Source: a virus | Taxonomy: Duplodnaviria > Heunggongvirae > Uroviricota > Caudoviricetes | Direction: 5' to 3' (one strand) | IMG/VR virus record: IMGVR_UViG_2609460059_000002 | Length of the DNA: 10,715 bases | Shown: piece by piece, positions 1 through 6,311 of the stretch | How the letters are laid out: each line of letters opens with the position of its first letter | How positions within the stretch are numbered: the stretch's first letter is position 1 | Position numbers and translations under genes: made by a program | The notes under the pieces: model-generated | The model's database searches: none | What the model was told of the DNA's origin: nothing | Seen by the model: only the letters and a program-made list of their open reading frames with translations

Positions 1-291
1 ATGCTGCTGTTCTACCTGGAAGCGGCGTCCAGCGGGCTGGCTGGCGGTGCGCTGGGATGTATTGCCGGGTGGGGGCTGGCGAAAGCGATTGGCGTCATGC
101 TCTTCGACGCGCCGCTTAATTTTGCCTGGATTGTGGTGCCGTGCGTACTGGTGATTGCGGTACTGATTGCGTTGATCGGCACCTGGTTCCCGGCCCGGCG
201 GATTGCCCGGCTGGTCTGTATGGAGTTTCTTTTTTCTTTATACTCTCTTCACGGTGTTTTTTATACTGGTGTTAAATGGTATGGGATATGA
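1..291 (+). CDS. 3'-terminal fragment of an FtsX-family ABC-transporter permease gene (start lies upstream of the window); recognisable sequence ends near 216, and the open frame then runs on to 291 through unrelated AT-rich DNA
   Basis: Translation shows hydrophobic TM segments followed by the FtsX-type C-terminal motif IGTWFPARRIARL. The usual final residues after this motif are absent and replaced by low-complexity F/L/S/Y-rich sequence. Composition drops sharply from GC-rich to AT-rich at about 217-222. Confidence 0.45.
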   Translation: MLLFYLEAASSGLAGGALGCIAGWGLAKAIGVMLFDAPLNFAWIVVPCVLVIAVLIALIGTWFPARRIARLVCMEFLFSLYSLHGVFYTGVKWYGI

Positions 292-481
292 TTTTCTTAC
301 ATCATTTGCAACAGTGGCTGCATGTATTAATAATATGGGATTAGGTTTTGGGGCTACTGCATCGTCATTCGGAGTGCTTAATGACATTGCAAAATATTTA
401 ATGTGCATAGCTATGATTCTTGGTCGCCTTGAAATTTATCCTGTTATTATATTGTTTTCAGGTTTTTTTTGGCGCTCCTAA
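221..481 (+). pseudogene. 5'-truncated remnant of a TrkG/TrkH-like potassium uptake protein gene (C-terminal ~70-85 codons only)
   Basis: Frame-2 translation ends with ...NNMGLGFGATASSFGVLNDIAKYLMCIAMILGRLEIYPVIILFSGFFWRS, which from memory matches the conserved TrkH/TrkG C-terminus (GRLE...FWR end). There is no plausible N-terminal region or start for a ~480 aa transporter; the track start at 203 is a TTG inside the permease fragment. Confidence 0.5.
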
Positions 482-567
482 TATATGGCTGATTTATAAT
501 TGTGAGTTTAATATTATATTGACTCACTCATTGATCCAATACCTAACTTTACCAGCAACACCTCCGC

Positions 568-591
568 CCCCAGTAGCACTGGCTGCTGGGG
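568..591 (+). promoter_or_regulatory. GC-rich hairpin (CCCCAG-N12-CTGGGG) followed by a T-rich tract, about 30 nt upstream of the ParB-like gene start; possible terminator/attenuator or 5'-UTR structure
   Basis: Perfect 6-bp inverted repeat seen directly in the sequence (568-573 / 586-591), then tgcgTTTTATT. Confidence 0.3.
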
Positions 592-618
592 TGCGTTTTA
601 TTCATAAAGCAAGGCTGT

Positions 619-1410
619 ATGAGCGAGAAATTGAAGATCGTCTATCGCCCTTTACAAGAACTGTCTCCGTATGCACACAACGCCAGGACACACAGCCCTG
701 AGCAGGTGGCACAACTGGTAGAAAGCATTAAGCAATTCGGCTGGACTAATCCGGTGCTGATTGATGAAAAGGGCGAAATTATTGCTGGTCACGGTCGCGT
801 TATGGCGGCTGAAGTGCTCAAAATGGATTCCATTCCGGTCATCGTTCTGTCTGGTTTGATGGATGATCAGAAAAAGGCGTACCGCCTGGCAGATAATCGC
901 CTGCCGATGAATGCTGGCTGGGATGAAGATCTGTTACGGATGGAGCTGTCGGACCTAATCAATGCTGATTTTGATGTCTCCCTGACAGGCTTCAGCCCGA
1001 CAGAAATTGATGAACTGTTGACGGATGTTTTGCCCGGTACAGAAAATGAGGAGGAGCCGTATACGACGAAAATTGATACGCCTGTTTATGAGCCGTCGGG
1101 CGGTAAACCGGATATCAGTGAACTGTACGACGATACGAAAACTCAGGAGCTGATCAGCCGGATACGTTCGGCGTCTCTTGAGCCTGATATTGAGAAATTC
1201 CTCCTGTGTGCGGCAGAACGTCACACGGTGTTTAATTTCAGCAGAATTGCGGACTATTACGCTCACGCCCCCGCTGAAATTCAGTGTTTTTTCGAGGAGT
1301 CGGCGCTGGTGATCATTGATTATCAGCAGGCTATTGAAAATGGATTTGTCCGGATGACGCAGCGCATGGTGGAGATCATGCATGGTGGTGAGGAGGAGGA
1401 ATATGCGTGA
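619..1410 (+). CDS. ParB/Srx-fold (ParB N-terminal nuclease-like domain) protein, 263 aa, with a C-terminal region of unknown function and an acidic tail
   Basis: ATG at 619 with AAGG 4 nt upstream. The N-terminal ~110 aa carry the ParB-N signature layout (...LIDEKGEIIAGHGRVMAAEVL..., conserved G-x-x-R-x-x-A arginine motif). Stop TGA at 1408-1410 overlaps the next gene's start. Confidence 0.8.
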   Translation: MSEKLKIVYRPLQELSPYAHNARTHSPEQVAQLVESIKQFGWTNPVLIDEKGEIIAGHGRVMAAEVLKMDSIPVIVLSGLMDDQKKAYRLADNRLPMNAGWDEDLLRMELSDLINADFDVSLTGFSPTEIDELLTDVLPGTENEEEPYTTKIDTPVYEPSGGKPDISELYDDTKTQELISRIRSASLEPDIEKFLLCAAERHTVFNFSRIADYYAHAPAEIQCFFEESALVIIDYQQAIENGFVRMTQRMVEIMHGGEEEEYA

Positions 1411-2335
1411 TGATTTTTGCGCCTTTATTCTGACTCACGGGCGACCGGACAAAGTTCTGACTTACCGGACGTTGCGTCGTGCTGGCTATACCGGGAAAAT
1501 TTTTATCGTTGTTGATGATGAAGATAAGACACGGCATCAGTACATGGCTGAATTTGGTGAACAGGTGCTGGTGTTTTCCAAAGCCGATATCGCCAGTCGT
1601 TTTGACGAAGCCGATAATTTCGGTGACCGCCGCTCAATTTTTTACGCCCGTAATGCCTGTTTCGACCTGGCAAAACTGGTCGGGTGTAAATACTTCATTC
1701 AGCTCGATGATGATTATCACGAGTTCCAGTTTCGGGTGGATCGCAACTATGACCAGGCCTATTTTCCGATAAGGAAACTGGATGCGATCCTTTCTGAAAT
1801 GCTGGCGTACTACGAATCAATACCTGCTCTTTCCATCGCTATGTCGCAGGGCGGGGATTTTCTTGGTGACAATGGCGGCCATGCTTCGTGGGTAAAACGC
1901 AAGGCAATGAACAGCTTTATCTGTTCGGTTGACCGACCGTTCTCATTCATGGGGCGCATTAACGAGGATGTGAATACGTACACGAATCTCGGTCGCCGTG
2001 GTGAATTGTTTATGACGATCGGTGCTGTCCAGTTAGGGCAGAAACAGACGCAGAAAAACAGCGGCGGAATGACCGAGCTGTATCTGGATTCCGGAACCTA
2101 CGTTAAAAGTTTTTACTCCGTCATGTATGCGCCGTCGTGCGTAAAAATCTCACTGATGGGAGCCAGCCATAAACGCATTCACCATCAGGTCACCTGGAAC
2201 AACGCTGCAGTAAAAATCCTTCACGAAAAATACAGGAAGAAGACACCCTGCATATCAATAGGGGTGACAAATGATTCCGTATTCGAAAGTCGAGTCTCTG
2301 GCAGCGTGCCGGATGACTGCACAACAAATCGCTGA
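1403..2335 (+). CDS. Hypothetical protein with GT-A-fold glycosyltransferase-like motifs (310 aa); candidate nucleotide-sugar transferase, possibly DNA-modifying
   Basis: ATG at 1403 is preceded by GAGGAGGAGG and overlaps the upstream stop in ATGCGTGA, indicating translational coupling. The N-terminus FILTHGRPDKVLTYRTL...KIFIVVDDED resembles the first beta-alpha-beta of GT2-type enzymes. A DXD-like motif FIQLDDDYHEF lies at nt 1706-1714. The track start at 1382 lacks an RBS. Confidence 0.55.
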   Translation: MRDDFCAFILTHGRPDKVLTYRTLRRAGYTGKIFIVVDDEDKTRHQYMAEFGEQVLVFSKADIASRFDEADNFGDRRSIFYARNACFDLAKLVGCKYFIQLDDDYHEFQFRVDRNYDQAYFPIRKLDAILSEMLAYYESIPALSIAMSQGGDFLGDNGGHASWVKRKAMNSFICSVDRPFSFMGRINEDVNTYTNLGRRGELFMTIGAVQLGQKQTQKNSGGMTELYLDSGTYVKSFYSVMYAPSCVKISLMGASHKRIHHQVTWNNAAVKILHEKYRKKTPCISIGVTNDSVFESRVSGSVPDDCTTNR

Positions 2336-2522
2336 CGTTCTGGATGTTGATCTGAACCGACTGAAAGAAAATCGGGAAGCAATGACAGATTTTTATGCGG
2401 CCATCCGTAAGGGCAGAGCGAAAGGTGAAGCCGAGTTACGGGCGGCATTGTTTAAGCTTGCCAGAAAAGGGGATGCCTTTGCTCTGCGCGAACTACTCAG
2501 GGTGGATAAAAATCAGGACTAA
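2271..2522 (+). CDS. Small (83 aa) putative helix-turn-helix DNA-binding protein immediately upstream of terS; possible packaging accessory or regulatory protein
   Basis: ATG at 2271 with GGGGTGA upstream. Contains an HTH-like segment MTAQQIADVLDVDLNRLKE followed by a basic helix. Stops at TAA 2520-2522, 3 nt before the terS ATG. Overlaps the 3' end of the upstream gene by 65 nt, so the start is uncertain (alternative ATG at 2313). Confidence 0.5.
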   Translation: MIPYSKVESLAACRMTAQQIADVLDVDLNRLKENREAMTDFYAAIRKGRAKGEAELRAALFKLARKGDAFALRELLRVDKNQD

Positions 2523-2525
2523 CTG

Positions 2526-3620
2526 ATGAGCAGACCGGACTGGGGGGCGTTGCAGCAGGAGTATATTGCTGAATACACCCGCTCCGGTATATCTCCGGTG
2601 GCATGGTGTGAAGCAAGGGGACTGAATTACGCAACAGCCCGTCGTTACATCAAAAAACCTCCGAAAAATGCGCAGACAGAAATGCGCAAAACTGCGCAAA
2701 AAAGTGCGCAGAAAAAATCTGCGCAGACTGCACAAAAGCGGAACGAAAAATCTCAGGAAAAAAAGCCAGTATTCGATGCGGGCCTGAATGAGGGCGACGC
2801 GGAGGAATTTTCGTTCTGTCCCGATGAATTCGGCATTTCTGACCAGCAGGCTAAGTTTGCGATGCTTGTTGCTCAGGGGAAAAAGCCGACAGAGGCGTAC
2901 CGACTAGCCGGTTATGAGGGGCAAGGTGCGACAGCTAACAGCAACGCCAGTCGTATGCTTAGAAATGCCAGGGTTTTTCGCGCTATCAGCTACTTCCGCA
3001 ATCAGTACCAGAAACGCTATACCGCAGACCTGGATTTACTGGTGAGTCAGTTGATGGCCATTGTCCTGGCCGACCCCAATCAGCTTGCACAATTTCGCCG
3101 TGTTAACTGCCGTTATTGCTGGGGCGAGAATCATCTCTACCAGTGGCGCGATATAGCAGAATTCGACAAGGCAGCGGCGCAGGCTTCCAGAGATGGCAAA
3201 CCCGAACCGGAATATGGAGGCCTCGGCTTTGTTGATAACGCCATACCCAATCCGGACTGCCCGAAGTGCTGCGGTGAGGGAACGGGACAGCTTTATATGG
3301 CTGATACCACTCTGCTTGATGGGGATGCGCGGCAATTATATGCAGGGGCAAAACTCGGAAAATTCGGCGTTGAGATCCTGCTGGAGGATAAGGCTGCCGC
3401 CCGGCGTGAATTGTTGCGTTTGCTTTCTGCTGGTGGGGCTTTATGTGCAGATAAGCGGCTACAGGAACTGGAAATTGAACGGCGCAGAATGGAAAACCAG
3501 AAGCTGCGCAAAGAGATCGAAACGGTGGAAGATAATGAACATCCCCAGCCTGTGGCGATCAATATTAATGTGGTTGATGCCAGAGTAAGGAGTGATGAAG
3601 ATGATCTCTCCGACGCTTAA
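2526..3620 (+). CDS. terS: Terminase small subunit (unusually long, 364 aa): N-terminal HTH, A/Q/K-rich linker, terminase-small-subunit-type DNA-binding domain, Cys4-type zinc-ribbon-like motif, C-terminal coiled coil
   Basis: The N-terminus MSRPDWGALQQEYIAEYTRSGISPVAWCEARGLNYATARRYI is HTH-like. The internal segment FCPDEFGISDQQAKFAMLVAQGKKPTEAYRLAGYEG...SRMLRNARV matches the conserved phage small-terminase domain as I recall it. Sits directly upstream of, and overlaps, the large terminase gene. Confidence 0.8.
   Translation: MSRPDWGALQQEYIAEYTRSGISPVAWCEARGLNYATARRYIKKPPKNAQTEMRKTAQKSAQKKSAQTAQKRNEKSQEKKPVFDAGLNEGDAEEFSFCPDEFGISDQQAKFAMLVAQGKKPTEAYRLAGYEGQGATANSNASRMLRNARVFRAISYFRNQYQKRYTADLDLLVSQLMAIVLADPNQLAQFRRVNCRYCWGENHLYQWRDIAEFDKAAAQASRDGKPEPEYGGLGFVDNAIPNPDCPKCCGEGTGQLYMADTTLLDGDARQLYAGAKLGKFGVEILLEDKAAARRELLRLLSAGGALCADKRLQELEIERRRMENQKLRKEIETVEDNEHPQPVAININVVDARVRSDEDDLSDA
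2669..2725 (+). repeat. Cluster of five copies of the palindromic hexamer TGCGCA spaced 10-15 bp apart inside terS (encodes the A-Q-K-rich linker); candidate pac-type recognition repeats
   Basis: TGCGCA at 2669, 2683, 2693, 2705 and 2720, each embedded in A-rich context (aaTGCGCAgac, aaTGCGCAaaa, cTGCGCAaaaa, gTGCGCAgaaa, cTGCGCAgac). Confidence 0.5.
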
Positions 3621-4902
3621 TGTGCCTCAGGCGCGATTTCTTTCAATGCCCCATAAATTTAAAGCCTATATTGCTGGTTTTGGCTCGGGCAAAACATGGG
3701 TTGGGTGTGGCGGCATATGCAAGGGGATTTGGGAGCATCCAGGTATAAATCAGGGATATTTTGCGCCAACGTATCCCCAAATTCGCGATATTTTTTACCC
3801 TACAGTGGAAGAAGTTGCTGCTGACTGGGGATTGAACGTAAAAATTAATGAGGGAAATAAAGAGGTTCACTTTTATTACGGACGCCAGTATCGGGGAACC
3901 ACTATCTGCAGATCGATGGAGAAGCCACAAACGATCGTCGGTTTCAAAATTGGTAATGCGCTGGTGGATGAACTGGACATTTTGCCGAAGGAAAAAGCCA
4001 GAACGGCGTGGCGCAAGATAATTGCGCGTATGCGTTATAAGATTGATGGACTTCGCAACGGTATTGACGTTACAACCACGCCGGAAGGATTCAAATTTGT
4101 CTACGAGCAGTTTGTTAAAGCCGTGCGTGAAAAAACAGAGCTGGCCTCACTGTATGGTCTGGTGCAGGCATCTACTTTCGATAATGAAAAGAACCTGCCA
4201 GCAGATTACATTCCTTCGCTTCTTGAATCATACCCTCCAGAGCTGATTAAAGCCTATCTTCGAGGACAGTTTACTAACCTGACAAGTGGTACTGTTTACC
4301 ATCAGTTTGACCGGAAACTGAATAATTGCGAAGAAGTGGAGCAGCCAGGGGAGCCGATTTATATTGGGATGGATTTTAACGTTGGAAAGATGGCGGGGAT
4401 CGTCCATGTGCTGCGTTTGGGGCTTCCATGTGCGGTAACTGAAATCATCAATGCCTACGATACGCCGGATATGATCCGCATCATTAAAGAACGCTTCTGG
4501 CTGTATGACGGGAATGATTACCGGAAAGTGAGGGAGATTTATATTTATCCAGATGCTTCCGGAGATTCCAGAAAATCAAGTAACGCAAGTACGACGGATA
4601 TAGCCCAGCTTAAGCAGGCTGGTTTTAACGTTGTGGTGAACAGCTCGAACCCGCCAGTAAAAGATCGCGTTAACTCAATGAATGCAATGTTCTGCAATGC
4701 CAATGGTGAGCGTCGCTATAAAGTTAATGTGAAGCGTTGTCCGGTATATGCCGAATCTCTGGAGCAACAGGTCTGGGATGATAAGGGGGAGCCTGATAAA
4801 AAATCTGGCAATGATCACCCGAATGATGCCGGAGGTTATTTCATCGTTAAGCAATTCCCTATTGTCAAACCGACCGGAAGAGTCACATCACTTCGGATTT
4901 AA
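3601..4902 (+). CDS. terL: Terminase large subunit (ATPase/nuclease)
   Basis: Walker A-like motif AGFGSGKTW near the N-terminus; size about 433 aa. TAAGGAG at 3586-3592 gives the best spacing for ATG 3601 (in-frame alternatives GTG 3592 and ATG 3595). Overlaps the terS 3' end by 20 nt. Stop TAA 4900-4902. Confidence 0.88.
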   Translation: MISPTLNVPQARFLSMPHKFKAYIAGFGSGKTWVGCGGICKGIWEHPGINQGYFAPTYPQIRDIFYPTVEEVAADWGLNVKINEGNKEVHFYYGRQYRGTTICRSMEKPQTIVGFKIGNALVDELDILPKEKARTAWRKIIARMRYKIDGLRNGIDVTTTPEGFKFVYEQFVKAVREKTELASLYGLVQASTFDNEKNLPADYIPSLLESYPPELIKAYLRGQFTNLTSGTVYHQFDRKLNNCEEVEQPGEPIYIGMDFNVGKMAGIVHVLRLGLPCAVTEIINAYDTPDMIRIIKERFWLYDGNDYRKVREIYIYPDASGDSRKSSNASTTDIAQLKQAGFNVVVNSSNPPVKDRVNSMNAMFCNANGERRYKVNVKRCPVYAESLEQQVWDDKGEPDKKSGNDHPNDAGGYFIVKQFPIVKPTGRVTSLRI

Positions 4903-4904
4903 TT

Positions 4905-6311
4905 ATGGCTGATATATCAACACCCAACCTCGACTATAACGATATGCTGGAGGCGTGGGATATTAACGACGCATTGATGGGCGGTACGCTTGAAATGCGC
5001 AGGCAGGGGGAAAATTATCTCCCCAAATGGCCTAATGAAGATGAAGACGCTTATAAAAAACGCCTGTCTGTGGCTACGCTACTTCCTGTGTATGAAGAAA
5101 GCATCAAACAAAATATTGGGCGCATATTTGCAGAGCCGACAGTATTGAGTGAGGAAACGCCGGAAAAAATCAGGGAATATGCAGAAAATATCGACATGGA
5201 GGGGAGCCGACTGGATGTGTGGGCGCAGCAATTTTTCAGTCTCGCATTTCAGTATGGTGTGGCACATGCGCTGGTGGACTATCCACGAACGGATATGAAA
5301 GAGATTCGGACAAAAGCCGATGAAAACGCGGCCGGTGGTCGCCCGTACGTTACGATGCTGAATCCACGCCAGGTTATTGGATGGAAATCGAAAGTTGAAA
5401 AAGGGAAAGTTGTTCTCACTGATTTGCGTATAAAAGAGGTCATCATTATTGATGGTGATGATTTCGGGCAGAAGAAGGTGGAGCAGATCCGCCATATTAT
5501 GCCCCGTCGAGTTGAAATTTATCGACGCAGCGAAGGTACTAATGGCGAATCTGTCTGGACGCTTCATGAGTCATGGAATACCAGCCGTGATGATATTCCT
5601 CTGGTAACACTGTATACGAAGAAAACAGGGTTTATGCGTGGTACACCGCCATTGCTTAATCTTGGCTTGCTGAATATCAAGCACTGGCAAAGCCAGAGCG
5701 AGCAGGACAATATTCTTCATGTTGCCCGCGTTCCATTGCTGGTGGCCTACGGGCTGGACAGGAATGAAGAACTGACGGTTGGTGCATCCACCGCTACGAT
5801 TTTTGAGGACAGAACAAAAAATGGCCTCGAATATGTTGAACATAGTGGCGCAGCGATAGAATCTGGCGAAACATCACTTGAGAAGCTGGAAAATCAGATG
5901 CGTCATGCCGGCGCTAAACTTCTGCGGGCTGAAAATACATCCACCAAATCTGTTGATCAGACTAATGAAGAGCGGATGCAGGAACACTCGCCGCTTTATA
6001 CAATGGCGAACTCCCTCGAAGATGCCCTCGATAATATTCTCCAGATAATGGCGGAATGGAGCGGAGAGAGTTGCGGTGGCAATGTGGATGTGCGCACTGA
6101 ACTGGATGTATCTGCCCAGGTGTTTGACTCATCCTCCGCGCTGGCTGTTCAGTCATTGCGTCAGGGCGGTGATATACGTCAGATTGATGCGGTTCGGGTG
6201 TTGCAGGCGTTGAAATTTATCGATCAGGATTCCCGTCCAGAGGAAGTGATCGATGAATTAAAAAATCAGAGTGTAATGCTGATGGAAATCAATGATGCAA
6301 ACCGTGAATGA
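4905..6311 (+). CDS. Portal protein (468 aa)
   Basis: Canonical position between the large terminase and the Mu F-like head morphogenesis gene, with typical portal size. ATG is 2 nt after the terL stop (TAATTATG). No motif-level confirmation is possible by eye. Confidence 0.7.
   Translation: MADISTPNLDYNDMLEAWDINDALMGGTLEMRRQGENYLPKWPNEDEDAYKKRLSVATLLPVYEESIKQNIGRIFAEPTVLSEETPEKIREYAENIDMEGSRLDVWAQQFFSLAFQYGVAHALVDYPRTDMKEIRTKADENAAGGRPYVTMLNPRQVIGWKSKVEKGKVVLTDLRIKEVIIIDGDDFGQKKVEQIRHIMPRRVEIYRRSEGTNGESVWTLHESWNTSRDDIPLVTLYTKKTGFMRGTPPLLNLGLLNIKHWQSQSEQDNILHVARVPLLVAYGLDRNEELTVGASTATIFEDRTKNGLEYVEHSGAAIESGETSLEKLENQMRHAGAKLLRAENTSTKSVDQTNEERMQEHSPLYTMANSLEDALDNILQIMAEWSGESCGGNVDVRTELDVSAQVFDSSSALAVQSLRQGGDIRQIDAVRVLQALKFIDQDSRPEEVIDELKNQSVMLMEINDANRE

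Noticed and set aside
420-701. 93-aa + strand ORF spanning the trkG-like fragment end, the intergenic leader and the ParB-like gene start
   Set aside because: Crosses an obvious intergenic regulatory region and overlaps the well-supported ParB-like start out of frame; no RBS.
955-1383. 142-aa ORF on the minus strand
   Set aside because: Lies entirely antisense within the ParB-like CDS; arginine-rich low-complexity translation typical of antisense frames; no RBS context; the + strand gene has clear domain signatures.
1382-1402. Track start (ATG 1382) for the GT-like gene
   Set aside because: It has no Shine-Dalgarno, whereas ATG 1403 is preceded by GAGGAGGAGG and overlaps the upstream stop; the downstream start was preferred.
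1479-1772. Alternative + strand frame ORFs inside annotated genes (also 3193-3588, 4022-4246, 7558-7785, 7903-8133, 8646-8957)
   Set aside because: Each is embedded out of frame within a longer gene that has motif or synteny support; the translations lack features of real proteins.
1403-2335. Possibility that the ParB-adjacent protein is a DNA methyltransferase or PAPS-reductase-like (IbrA-type) enzyme, the usual partners of phage ParB-like proteins
   Set aside because: I could not find DPPY/NPPY or FxGxG methyltransferase motifs, nor an SGGKDS-type P-loop; GT-A-like features fit better, though only a profile search can settle this.
2271-2522. Calling the 83-aa HTH protein an excisionase or a second terminase small subunit
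   Set aside because: Only a generic HTH is visible and no family-specific motif is recognisable by eye, so it is left as a hypothetical DNA-binding protein.
5079-5567. 162-aa minus-strand ORF, with neighbours 5571-5843 and 5962-6156
   Set aside because: Antisense to the portal gene; translations are low-complexity without recognisable motifs; they would break a continuous, translationally coupled + strand operon.
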